DNA of 63,138 nucleotides, the filler included, from Sphacelaria rigidula (lineage: Eukaryota), in assembly GCA_964200075.2 (NCBI GenBank). It is 9 parts of 9 records of this genome, joined end to end, with 100 filler letters (N's around TTAATTAATTAA, not from the genome) between each part and the next. Parts side by side here need not be neighbours in the genome. Positions count along the whole stretch, not along the records: positions 49,189 to 56,113 come from CAXNAA020017371.1; positions 56,214 to 63,138 come from CAXNAA020017372.1; 7 more parts are not named here. One strand, 5' to 3'. The notes beneath the pieces were generated by a model, which was given only the letters and a program-made list of their open reading frames with translations, made no database searches and had not been told where the DNA came from. The stretch's first letter is position 1. Every line of letters starts with the position of its first letter. Both the position numbers and the translations under genes were made by a program. This document shows positions 50,228 to 63,048 of the stretch, piece after piece.

Positions 50228-51042
50228 CTGGCAGAGAGCGATAGACGGAAAGAGAAAATTGACAAGAGACACGCCCAGAGAGCGACAGGAGTGAGCGATA
50301 CCGAGTCGGAGAGGGCAAGGGTGGGAACATATCCTCATGATACCGCGGTTAAAAGCTCTGACATTATCCACAACACGTCTTCGAGTGGACAGACAAAGCA
50401 TTGCTGTCGATGGGCTGGATGGTGGGAGGGTGGCGTATCATTTCTCTTCGCCGTATCGTCGTCCCCCGACCAGCTGCAGACAGACCAAAGCAAAGGTGCC
50501 TTCCCCGGGCCAGGGACGTTCAGTACTATAATAGGGAATATTCATGACAGCATACGAGATATATATATATATATATATACGTGCATGTATCATTTCACAT
50601 TTTTCACCTCTTTTGCCGAGTTTTCTCTGGCGGCAAAGAACTTTTTCCCGCGCCTTCTTTCGCAGCGCACTAACAAGGCTCAGCGGTTCATTACTGTTCA
50701 GGTTTGGATGTTGATACCTGTGGCGCGTATTCTGCCCACCAAACGTCGCTCAAACTGACTCTTGCATGCGGGGTGTCGATCCCGGATCACAAAAGCCTGT
50801 TCAAGATCATGGACTTGAAACAGGAACCCGGACCACACAAACCCGTTGAAGATCATGGAAATCTTCAAACAAGACTACTTTTGGCCGGGTATTTTTCCCC
50901 CGTGTTTCTCTTTGTCGCGTTCTCGTTCATTTGGGAGCACGAACACACCGGTTATGCCGTCAATGCCACGAGAACATGAGAGTAAAGCAGTTGAAAACAA
51001 TTGAACATTGCCTTGGCCTTAGTCAGCAACAAACACAATACC

Positions 51043-53968
51043 TATAGAGTAGTCCACCTCCAGTACACGTGCAGGTACATGATAAACTGGAAATGACATC
51101 ACATGATATTTGGTCATGGGATATTCTCTCGAGTATGACTATGACTGCTTGACATGTGATGTGGGTGCAAGGAGGAAAGGGCTCACTTCTGGTTTTAACG
51201 AAGACAGCTGTTTGTGTAACTGCTTGGGTCTTGAAGTCTCTGGAGCCCTTGAAAAGGAGGAAGCCTCTGGAGCAGCACTGTGACCTTGTTCTGATTTCAG
51301 ACAAGTTTACAATGAAGGTTTTTTCAGGAAACTTGTCGGTTTCTGGATCAAGTTGATTTGACATCGCACCCCACAGTCTGTAGAAACCGAGGACGCTCGC
51401 GTTGAATAACAGGGGGAGAGGAAGCGGTGGAGAGAAAGGCGCAGGCAACACAGATCCAAGGCGACTGCAGTTACAGGAGGCTATTGGAAAGATGGCACCA
51501 GGCAAGGAGTCTACGAAGGACTTCAAAACGTGGTGGGAACTGCGTGCAAAAGAAGTGCTGTGGTCGCCATAGTGTGGTGACCAAGCTCGTCTTCGTGTAC
51601 GGGTGGAGGTGCTGTTCCTGTAATCGGGAGGCAGCTGAAACTTTTCGGAGTGGCAAAGCTCCGGAACAAGCACATGGTTTCGCAAAGAACAAAGAAACTG
51701 TCGTTAGCGGCTGGCCGGCGCGCCGCGACTGCTATGTCCGCTGATGGGCAAAGCAGCGCGGCCAACGAAAGTGCAGTGCCCCGAGGCACTGTTTGGGCCG
51801 AGGTTGTCCTATGTGCGATGCTCATGTCCATCCTACCTGCCACCGTGATACGTCGAGAGAAAGTACTGCTCTGCAGGAATCTCTGCTCCAAGGGGACGTT
51901 GATCCCAAGTTGACAGATTTAGGTCTGCGCGACAGACTTGTGTTCGATGACCAGCGTGTAGATGAGGACACGCGTTGAATGCTCGAAGCTGCAGGGGGGT
52001 CATGCGAACGAGCAGAGCAAGCTTGGGGCTCGCCATGCTCATGACGAATCTGTCTGCGCCCACGATATGGCAGGGGATTGTTCAGATGATTCGCAGGGGT
52101 GTTTGCTTGAAGGAGAGCTGGATGCCGAGTTGGCGGAGTCGCCGCCGGAGCAGCGTGTAGCTGTGGACACACCGTGCGTGCTCGAACCAGCAGGGGTGTG
52201 CGACCCGCTTGAAGCGGGTAGGCAGAGCGAGCTTCAGGATTGTGATGCTTTGAGCGATCACAATTCCTACAGCGACGTCGAGCGTTGCGTAGTGTTGTGG
52301 GGTGGCCATATGCACTTCTGTTCGCATGGACAGGTTTGTTATACTTGGCGGCGTTGATTGGGGTGTCTCTGCCGCTGCACGGTCAGGTGCTTGAGGAGGA
52401 TGGTGTGTTGCTATACGGGACTGTATGGCTGTTCCCGTTTCGCCTCTCGTTTGCTCTGAAGAAACGACTGAAGCATGGGCATTTTTTCATGCTCAAGCAT
52501 CTGTGGGGGCAAAGGATTTATCGCATTGGTTTGGCGGTGCGAGTATACCGTTTGGTGGCGTGTTGAGAGGCACTGTGGGACTGCTACATGTAGCTGAACC
52601 GATGGTACGCGGAGCGAGTGTTCGAATGGAAACGCTGGACTATGATGTGCATGATTTTGTGGTCCGACTGCTGGTGTTTCTCTGGAGTGGGCTGGAGGAC
52701 TACACGGAAGGCATTACTTGAGGTGCTTGCTGGTGGTGAGCGCCGAGCTGGCTGATGCTGGGGAGCAAGTGCTGGTGTGGCTGAGTGCTTGTTGAGATTG
52801 CGACAGAAAAACCACAAAAACGACTATATCCTTGAACCGTTTGGGTACGATTGTAGTCGGTTGTGTTTGTCTGTAGTACTGTTCATACTGCTATTTGCGC
52901 ATGAGACATGGTGGTCGAACGAGTACGATCGTATTGCGTATGCTGGGTGAATGCCGATGTGCATGTGCATGGTTTTGTATCTGTGCGTTGGATTGCTTTG
53001 GGCAGCGCATGATGCACGGTGTTTGAGATTGAGGTTTCAATGCATATGCTGGGTGAAATTCTGGCATGCGTGTGTGGGTTTTCGCTACACTATGTACTAT
53101 TGTGCATGGTGTTGGGCGATCAGTCATGCCGTAGCAGTTTTCAAATACTGCTGAACGCTGGATGAGGTACATCAATTTGATTCGTGCTTGCAAAATGCGG
53201 CGAACTTGTTGTTGTGCGGTTTGCGGTACTGCCTGTAAGAGCTGAGAATGGTTGTAGCTGGCGTGAACATCAAGGAGACGCTCCCGAAATGCATAGGTTC
53301 GTATGTGAGCACATACAACGCGAGTTTTCCTAGTGGAATTCATTGAAAATGGTGGGAATGCTTCAAATTCCACGTTCCCTGACGTTTGAAACTATGTGCG
53401 GGGGTGCAATCCGAAGACTTGTTTCGGACTGAGATTTGACGCCTGAAGGAAGTTTGTGTAAGCATACTACTATAACTGGCAATCGCCATTGGATAATTGA
53501 CGTCACTGAGCTCGACTGAGACGTTGTCTTTGAGTGTCGATGTTCAGGATTGTGCACATTATCATTTTCTCTGGAGGAACATGACTGCATGGTCGTGTGT
53601 CACCAACAGGCGGACAAAGGAAGCATGGACGTGATTGTCGATGTCTACTGTTTGTCAAACTCGCCTTCTACATCGAGTAGTGCAGAGTTTTGGAGGTGCT
53701 GTAGAGTAGTTCACCTCCAGTACACGTGCAGGTACATGATAAACTGGATATGACGTTACATGAAATTTCGTCATGGGATATTCTCTGGAATATGACTATG
53801 ACTGCTTGACATGTGATGTATGTGCAACGAGAGAAGAGATCACTACTGGTTTTAACAAAGACAGCTGTGTGTGTAACTGCTTGAGTCTTGAAGTCTCTGG
53901 AGCCCTTGAAAAGGAGGAAGCCTCTGGAGCAGCACTGTGACCTTGTTCTAATTCCAGTCAAGTCTACA
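51043..53968 (+). mobile_element. Non-autonomous LTR retroelement (2.9 kb, no pol)
   Basis: 269-bp LTRs 51043-51311 and 53700-53968 (T[G/A]TAGA...T[C/T]TACA); flanks TACC/CACC; PPT-like TTTTGGAGGTGC; splits a repeat that is contiguous at 14700-15175. Confidence 0.9.
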
Positions 53969-54819
53969 CACCGTGCAAAGGGCCGTTGGCGAGTTGAACA
54001 AGGCACAGCAGCACGGCAGCACAGGAATATTTTACAGCAAAAGACGATCACCCTGTTTAAAAAAAAGGCCCGGTGATGTGGACGCTACAGTGATGTACAA
54101 AGAACATGCCAAGAATGCTCCACCATTCCAATTTTTCGGGAAGTGTCTCCCGCTGTCATGTCTTTGTGGCACGAGAGCTACTCCGCACTCTGGCACCTCG
54201 GGAATACCACACATGTCCCACGCCGGCGGTTTCGCCGTTGGCCTCCGTCCGAATTCCCACATTGCCGAACAACATCCGACAACACATGCCATGTTTTGTA
54301 CAGCCACGATCACTATTATACTGTACATTGAGATACAACAGCCTCTCTTAACCATATATTTTCGATTTGCGTAACCCCCGGGAGGCCAGTACCCACCTCC
54401 CGAAGGGGATCCTTGTACGAGTATATATATTATTAATATCCGTGACGGGGCAGGCACTTGATATCAGCACAGAGAGAGACAAAGTAGTAGCCCGAACGCG
54501 TTCGACCACAAGGATCGAAGTCGTATCTGCTACAAGTAGTCGATATCTTAGGTCAAATAGGCAGATGCAATGAAACCTCAACTTCGTGCCAAAACAAATT
54601 AACGTGGAGGATGCCACGACATCAAGCGGAGACTCTGGACACACATAAGCACAAGCACAAGCACAAGCACAAACAGACACACACAGCGCATGCATGCATG
54701 CATGCATGCATTGATCAAGCAAATAGTCTGTGTCACTGCAGTAAACAAAGTCGCGGTTCCCAATTCATGAAATAGACAGGGGAAATATATCCAAAAAACA
54801 GGAGAAAAAAAAAACTTAC

Positions 54820-54969
54820 GTGTGGCCGGCTAGCAGCCTTAGCCTTCCTGCTCATCTCAGCGCGCAGGTTGTCGTCCTTTAGCCACCCGCTCACCGTCTC
54901 CGCGATCTTCGCCGGATTCCTGCTGAACGCGCCGAATCCACCCTCTGTTACGTACGGAACGTTTCCGGC
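54820..54969 (-). CDS. MGD: MGDG synthase, penultimate exon
   Basis: CAG|AGNVPYVTEGGFGAFSRNPAKIAETVSGWLKDDNLRAEMSRKAKAASRPH|GTAAGT, 150 nt, phase 0. Confidence 0.9.
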
Positions 54970-55336
54970 CTGGAAAAACAGACCAAAAATACGAATAATT
55001 TGTACGAGAGTCAGCCACTGATAAAAAAGCGAGCACAAGAGACTAGATTTATCCATCGATGTTCAGGTGCCGAAGACATAGAAGCCTCTTAGATAGCAAA
55101 ATACCTTACTGTGTGCTCTGCGAGAGGCAGACACACAGGGAGAGGAGGCTCACCACACATTTCAAATGTGCAAAATAAGAATACGACGCTTGAAAATAAC
55201 GACAAAACAACAGAATAAGCTATTTGGGGGCGATGGCATCAGCATAAAAAAAATAACGCCTTCCTCACCCTTGAAAAAGAAGGAGAAAAAGAAAAGAAAA
55301 ACATGGGGGTGAAGGGCACACGCACGCCGCGCGTAC

Positions 55337-55471
55337 CTCTTGCCCGGGGAGGAAAGCGCTCAGCATGACGGGAAGACCTTGAGTGGTAGCTTCCGCGATC
55401 GTTCCAGGACCCGCCTTCGTGACGATGCAATCCACAGCGCCCATCCACTCGTCCATGTTGCTGACGAACCC
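55337..55471 (-). CDS. MGD: MGDG synthase exon (GT28 C-terminal domain)
   Basis: [60 protein letters not shown] and PGQE.GN are MGD hallmarks; upstream exons not in this contig. Confidence 0.92.
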
Positions 55472-55996
55472 CTTTTTGTACACAAGAACCAAAAACAATG
55501 CACAGCAACAGCAACAGCAGCAACAGAACAGGTGAAGCGAAAAAACAAAATAAACATGCCCGCCATCCATTTTCCAGTGTTTCGGCACTTTGTTCGATGC
55601 CATGTTTGGCTTCCAACTTTTGCCACACACTCACACTCACAAACAAGCACAAATTTTCTTCGGCTGAGAAAAAAAACAAAAAAAACAAAGGTACAGCAAG
55701 CACATACTTGTACTAAATAGGGCCATTGTGTGAAAACAGTCATGTTCATTTTGAGAAACGGCGAATCTACAAAAAAAAAAAACTCACAACAGATCGGATA
55801 CACTTCCAAATCTGGACAACATACTCCACGAGTAGAGTGTCACCATATGGTGTATTATATACAGAAAAAGTATCTTCACGTGATCTTTCGAGAGCGGGTT
55901 GTTGTGATGATGGCAACACACTGTTGAATACGTTAAACACTCGGAGGCGCGTCGCATCATTCTTTGGTTCTAGGAGAGTGATGCTACGCTACGATA

Positions 55997-56113
55997 GGGG
56001 GACGGGGGGTGTACTCATGATCATGCATGCCATAGTCAGAAGACCATTCACCTCGCACTCAAACCACCAAGCGCGAAGCGCCGTGGTGTGCTCGGCGAGT
56101 CGCATGAAGGGTG
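55997..56113 (-). mobile_element. Non-LTR 3' end, family 2 (cut by contig end)
   Basis: G-run + GTACTCATGATCATGCATGCCATAGTCAGAAGACCATTCACCTCGCAC. Confidence 0.75.
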
Positions 56114-58345
56114 NNNNNNNNNNNNNNNNNNNNNNNNNNNNNNNNNNNNNNNNNNNNTTAATTAATTAANNNNNNNNNNNNNNNNNNNNNNNNNNNNNNN
56201 NNNNNNNNNNNNNATGAGATAAGGGGCTCCTAACAATTCTAACCTCAGAAATTATTTCTGTACCCCTACCGTAGCATCACTCTGCTGCTGATGTTGGTCA
56301 ACTTGGCATTATTTAACGCACTTGGTTCGAGACGATCCCCAACCAAAAGCATCCTCCACGACAGGACAACCTTGGACAAAAATTGTACAAGAAACAATAA
56401 CGACAACAAATAACGTTTTCCTGAAATTGAGAGTAGAGCGCTGATTCAGATAGGCTTTGATTATTCGCTTCAACTTGGCCAATTTTTCATTCCGTGTGCG
56501 CTTTTCTTTGCCTCGAGCACTGGCGTGTGCTTACAGCTACACGTCGAATCTTACTCAGGGGAATCAAAGGCCTCAGTGGCAAGCTACTACAGGAAGCATA
56601 TTGGGTCTGGTGGAGGGGCATTTCGGAACTGAAACGATTCACTCACTAACTGACCGCTTTTCCCTCTCAATCATACCCTCTACTCTCAATCTCACGAACA
56701 CGTTGTTAACAGTGGTGGTGGTGTAGGGTGTGTTTCGACAAACTACATCGCCCACAACACATATTTATCGATTTATATCGATTTTCTGTTTTATTTATTT
56801 CTATGGTGGAAGAGGTGACTTCCTCGGCGGACACTTGTGTGTGGAATTTTTCCCTTCTCATGTGGCGGTACCCGGATGACCCATCTCTCATGAGTCTCTC
56901 AGAAAGTTCTTCAAACGAGGAGGGGTTTGAAGGAGCAACTTTTTTCGCCGGCGAGCGGTGAGGATGTACATCCCTTTTCACATCTCCTTACCATGAGTCT
57001 CGTTATCTTTGTTTCGACGTTAGCAACCAGTTTGTATGCCCCCCCCCCCCACACACCATTTTTTCGACAGTTCTATCTCAGCTTACTTTTATCGTCGCTC
57101 TTACAAGCGCCGGGAACCCAAAAAGACTACACGGAAATACTGTACCTTATACAGGGAACCCGAGGAAGAGACAACATGATCGACAAAACAACTTGAGGGT
57201 TAGTTCTGGTTACCCTCGGGAAGATCCTGCCGAGACTTCACGTCAGAAGTCCACCAGCTCAGCCAACTCTCTCTGTGGAAGAGACACGCATAACACTAAA
57301 CACACGAGGTTCAGCAGTCAGGGAAAAGTAAACAACGCATAGTGCGCGGAAGAAAAGGCCGCCTCTGCGTACACGCGATCGCGTTCTCGGCAGGTATGCT
57401 TCCTCCAACCGAAAAAACACTGGCGCTCCCACGCGTTATTGATATCGCCATGCCGCCGCTCCATCTGGGCGCCTACACACTTGCGACTAGTGAATGAATG
57501 CACTACATTTTTCTTCAGTCTCCCTCCGCAGGAAAACTAGGAGAAAAACCCTCTCACCGATACTCATACGAACAAACAGTGGAATCGCCCGCTTTCGTAT
57601 GATGGTAACCATGATGGAAGTATTTACGCTGCCTTCACGGTCCCATCCAGCGAGAGACAAAACACGGTCGGACAGACCATTATCATCTCTCGCTCCGGCT
57701 CAGGCACCAACGTCGGACATACACCACCACCGCACATGTGCGCTGCACCGTGGTAGTCCCTATCGCAGGCAGTGTGACACTCCAACTCAATAAAAAACCT
57801 CTACATTCCACACAATCCCCCCGACCACTCGGACTTTCGACAACAGACCTTGGCCAGCGGGGACGGAATACATCGAATACACCATTTTATTCACGTGCAT
57901 TAACTTCTCTTGGGTGAAATGCACCTGGCAACCACACAACTCCGCTCGTCAATCCCACCCACCATGGACACCCAAACGTCACCCGCCGAAGCCCGCGCTT
58001 CCGATTCCCATCGACCAGACTCCCCGTGTCCACACAGTCCACAAACCGGGGCTGCGGCCGCCTCCGCTCTCATTCTGTGACGCCCGCGCCCGCGAACGCC
58101 GGCCGAAAGCCGATATGACCGACGTTGTGTGTGTAGACGAAAACAAAAACAGCTGTTGCACAAGGATAGAGACCCTCCATCCCTCGTATCGGTTTTCCCG
58201 AGGTACGTCTCTGCCACATTTGCAAATGAAGCACAAGAAGACATAAAATAACTCCTTTCCTGCAGCATACCCTGTAGACTCCACTAACCTCCTCCACATC
58301 CAGCCTCAAGCTCCGCGAAAACAAGTGTTCATGGACGGATCTCCT

Positions 58346-59366
58346 TTAGTGGGCCACCACGTATCCACCCATCCTCCTTGCCCCCTGACCTCCGTAGCCA
58401 CCGGCGGCGCGACGATCGTGGATATACTCGCAGTGCGGCGGTCTATGAGACCCACTAGCCTCACGGCTGACATGCTCGTGTTGACCACCCTCGCGCTCCA
58501 TGAGATGGCCGTGGTCTCCGCGGCGACGGCCATGATAAGCAAGTCCGGGCGAGACTTCATCGCTTAGCCCCACGTGCATGACCCCGCCACGCCTGGGCCC
58601 GACTTCATGTCCACGGAAGCGCCCGCCATGACGGGGAGGCCCATGCCTGTGGTCATCGTCGCTCGTACCGTACATCGGTCCACCGCGTTGGCTCGGCTTG
58701 TGACATCGTGGCGATGGCGGACCCTCACCTCCACGCCCCGACGGATAAGGATGACCACAAGACTGTCTGCCGTGCTCCAATCCGCCGCGGCGTTGCACGC
58801 GGCGGTGGGGCGGGTTGCGGCGCTTGTCTCCTCTCTCGCTGTGCGTGTTGTGCCTGTCGTGTTCGTGCCCGCCGCGGCGCCGTCCGTGCATCTCGGCGTG
58901 CACCTTGCCGTAGCGACCTGGACCATGAGGATCCGGACACGAGAAGCTCGCGGCGCTCTCACACAGACCGTCGCGACGTCCGTGGGAAGGACTGCCCTTC
59001 TCAAGGCCGCGGTTGCACGGGACGTGACGCCCACGACCACCTTCATCTGCGCTCCCGTCGCGCTGGTTATCACCACCATGACCATGACCATGAGGACGCG
59101 GTGGAGCGAAGGCGGGGTGGCCGAGCGAGTAACCGCCCCAGCGCCACCCCGCTTGGACACCGTGACCGCGACGCCGGCCCCTCTCCGCGCATGGCACCCA
59201 GGGCCTTGCGATCAACCAACCCCATACGCTCCAGACGACCAGGTCCCACACCGAGGGCGTGAAGCAGGGGCTTGGCCTCGCAAGGACGTATGCTGATGCC
59301 GCCGGCAATCAGGGCCGTGAGGATAGGGCGCCTTGCCTTTCTGTCTCGGCGGCGGTGTTGAGCAGT

Positions 59367-59408
<42 letters not shown>

Positions 59409-60076
59409 CGCGTCGGAGTTACGATCTCCCCCGGAAGGCTGTTGCCCATCGTCTGAACAGCTCTCAGTCAGTTCCTCTTCTAGCTCATTCTAATCCTGGT
59501 CGTGGTTGTCGCTGCTCCTGATATCCGTACACTCCCACGCCGCGGCCATGAGATTGATGTCTTCAGGTCCGGGCATATCCCGCCGGCTCGTTCCTCTCAG
59601 CAGCTGCCGAGGGGCCAAACCGTGCACCACGAGACGGCGAGGGCGAAGCTCAAGCAGAGCCACGGTCTTCTTGAGGTTGGCGGGAGTCATGGATCGCACC
59701 CCGTAGTCATTGCGGAGGTAGCGTGCTGCCACCATGTACAGTTTGTTGGTATCCTTGGTGGCACCAGCAGGCTCGTCTCGGATCGGGGAAGACAAGTTGA
59801 TGCTGTCGCCAAGGTGCTTGTCGCAGAGGATACTTTGCATCATTGCATCATTGCCTTGTTGTCCATGGCCTTGGTCGTCTTGTTGCCACCGCCGCTGCTG
59901 CTGATGATGATGATGGTACTGTCGTCAGTATTGTTGCTGCTGTTTCTGTTTCTGTTCCTGTTGTTGTTGCTGCTGCTGCTGCTGTTTTTGTTGATTACTA
60001 TGCTGCTGTTTTTCGTCATGTTTCAATTTCGTGAAGGCGGGCGGTGGATGGGCAGGGAGCAAGAGGGGCAACGGGA
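58346..60076 (-). pseudogene. Disrupted gene for an unknown low-complexity protein (polyQ, duplicated helical motif, polyD, His/Gly/Arg-rich tail)
   Basis: One frame from a candidate acceptor at 60077 with in-frame TGA (59925-27) and TAG (59490-92), then an apparent frameshift near 59180 into the H/G/R-rich frame of ORF 58346..59308. Confidence 0.55.
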
Positions 60077-61109
60077 CTGTCAATATGGAATATCAAGCGC
60101 CGGTCCGAAGAATGGTACGTCTAGTCCAGCACTGGTTCGAAGACCAGTATCCTTTTTCTCAGTGTTGGAAAATTTCAAAACTTCGTTTTTGTGACGCTCT
60201 TTGCTGTAGGAGTCCGTACCACCGTGGCACAATGTTTCAGCAAAATGCCGTAAACCCATGAAGAACAAAAGCTCAGGGTTCTGAATTTTTTTTTTTTTTG
60301 TGTTATTCATTCTCCGTGCTAAATTTGACAGTCTAATTACTATAATAAACTTGAGGGGAGGCGGGGTGTTCTCGAAACCGGGGCGGAGCAATGCTACGAC
60401 GGTAGGGGTGCACTTTTTTCGCGAAAAAATGTGAGGGACCTCCCTAGGGCATAATGAACCAAAAAATGTGAAAGCTTTAAACTTTTGAGCGGATGGACAC
60501 CTTCCCCTTTGTTGATTAGATGATTAATAATACGATATATGTGCGGATCACGACCCAACTCGTCTGTTTTGATTAGATATTGCGTTGAGAGCTTGAACCC
60601 GCGTCTAGGCTTCACCAGCTCGTATTTGTCAGAACCCCCTGTAATAACACGGGATTTTACAAAGTAAGTGCTGATGGATTCTTATTTGAGGATGAGCGAC
60701 GCCACACATCACGACCGGAGAGTGCATGACTGCGCAGTTTCCCCCCGAAAAGTATTTTCGATGGATATATATGCAGGGTCCCGCGACAAAATAAGCTACT
60801 CATGTCATTGTACGTTTGTTACATCGAGTGGTGCCGTGGTGGGGGTGCATAAATAATGGCTCAGGTTTGATTTTTTAGGGGCCCGTCACCTCATCAAAAG
60901 CGACTTACGAAGCATGATTTTTTCGTGAGATTGAGAGTGAGAAGGGGTCAATGAAATGAAGTAGTTTCAGTTCCGAATGTCCCTCCATAGGCTTCATGCG
61001 AGGCCCAAGACGGTTTCGGTAGTAGTAGCCCGCTACTGAAGCCTTCGATACCCCAGAGTAGGCTAGGGCCGAAACTTCCAAGAGCATGGCGGCGCGTGCA
61101 CTGCGCCAG

Positions 61110-63047
61110 GTTGATCGATGGGGGGTTTTAGTGGGAGCATCCCCCACACTGCCTTGAGCCACCGCTCGAGGAGCCTTCCCCACATGACTGCCGCGAGGTG
61201 GTCTAGCCGAGCCTTCGGGTAATCGGTGCACGAACTCGCTTGCGAAAGTCGCTTGCGGGGTAAGTGTTGGGTTAGGTTTCCTTCTTCCGTCAAGGAAACA
61301 AAATCCCAAAGTAGGCTCTGGAAAGTCGCCACAACTAATTCACTACAATAAATAGGTTATTATTACTCCCTCTGCGCGGATTTATAAGCAAGGTTCGGAA
61401 AAACGGAATATAGTCTAAGCAAGGTTGGTATGATACTGTATGGCCCAAAACGGGTCGTCTGGGCACTGTGGACCATCGGACAACGTTTGTATATGATCAG
61501 GTACCACATTGATTGGGGGAAAAAAGAAAACGAGGAGGTTGGGGGGGGGATTGTGTGTAAAAATCCCCTGGTCAGTCATTTCGGTGGAGACCCAGCTTTC
61601 TTGTACCCAGCGACGGATAAACAAGCCCCGTCACAGGTTTCACAACCCGGAATACCCCGTATCAATGGGGCACGACATTTGATGCAAAAAAACAAAGAGT
61701 CCCCTCTCGAAAAGAGGGGGATATTTCATTACCATCCCCGGTTTGGGGCACCGTAGACCACGCTTCAGAACCCCATCGACGCTGCGCGTCAATAGGTACC
61801 AAATGACTTCTTCTCTCTCTGGATCATCCAAATTCTTGCGGTTTTGCCCCTGAGAGGCGTTCTCAGCAGCAGACATGTCTTACCAGCTGATGAGAAGGCT
61901 TTTGGGCGGTGGTCCAAAGTTGGGGTGGTGATTTCGAGCAACTTCTGCTGGGGTGTGATGAACTTTTTCGGTGCGACCTCTAAAAGACAGCGGTTCTGTG
62001 CGTTCCGCAGCGGCGGTCCAAAAACAACAACAAAAAACATTCGGAAAAAAAAACCTTCATGTGCCCGAGTTAGACCGCTTTTGGTCCGAACCTTGCTTAT
62101 AAATCCGCCCAGAGGGAGTACATTGCGGATATTGCCTGCTTCGTTGTTGCCCACGAAGGAGGGGGAATGAATATTTTATACCTTTTAAGTTGCTGTCTCT
62201 TGACCCTGTTCCGTACAATGGGCGTTTCTGCGGTGCAAAGGTATTGGACTCATGGTTGCGAACACTCGTGTGTGTCCGTCGCAAGTCTTCGTGTCCCCGG
62301 GTATCGGGTTCCTATCCGTTGCTGTGAGTGGAAAACGTAAATGATTGTCTTCGTATCTGTTCTTCGACGGTGGAGGTAGTCTTTTGCCCGTTCTACCGTA
62401 TCGGTTTTAATCGTCAAAACATCATTAAGCCTCTTCTTGATATCCTGCCCCCGGGACACGGGTCTCCACACGCACACAGCGCAACATACTGCACTTGAAG
62501 CTATGATCTGTTCCGTCACCTACTGAGCAACGATGACCGGTCCTCATCTACCTTGGCTATCGATCTCATTGAGCGTGGCGGCAGAAGCCGCCAAACCCCT
62601 TGTATATATACACAAGTAGAGTGAGATTCCATTTGACGCGGCTCATGACTGCGACATGCACGAGGGTGTCACAAGCCACCCAGGCACAAATGTATTATCA
62701 CTATGCTGAGGTACAGCGCCACTTCTGCGGTGTGTCCATCGCTACTGCGAAGTGTGTGCAAAAGCTATTGTTTGGTACTGATGATGGTGGGTTTACGTTC
62801 GGAGCACACCACTGGGTGAGGTGTCCCGCTGGGTGCTTCAGACCCGCCTGTGTTTCTTTTTTTCTTTGCAGAAAGGAGGAAACCTCACTCAACCATTACC
62901 CCGCGAACGGCTTCGTGTGCCAATTACGATTACCCCAAGACTCGGCCAGACCGCCTCGCGGCAGTTATGTAGGGTAGGCGCCTCGAGCGTTCGGAAAGCT
63001 TTGCTAAGGGCAGTGTGGGAGTCGAACCCACCAAAAGAGACCCATCT
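61110..63047. repeat. Inverted pair of ~170-bp dispersed repeats (61110-61290 and ~62870-63047)
   Basis: CGATTACCC.AAG.CTCGGC.AGACC.CCTCGCGGCAGT.ATGT.GGG.AGGC.CCTCGAGCG in opposite orientations. Confidence 0.7.
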
Positions 63048-63048
63048 G

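Noticed and set aside
24854-55471. PKS + GH17 + ankyrin + MGD as a gene cluster
   Set aside because: Each lies on a different, size-sorted contig
58306-59296. Multiple long overlapping ORFs on both strands as overlapping genes
   Set aside because: Expected shadow ORFs of GC-rich low-complexity coding sequence
59490-59492. Programmed stop readthrough or recoding
   Set aside because: A second, different stop and a frameshift in the same gene favour pseudogenisation
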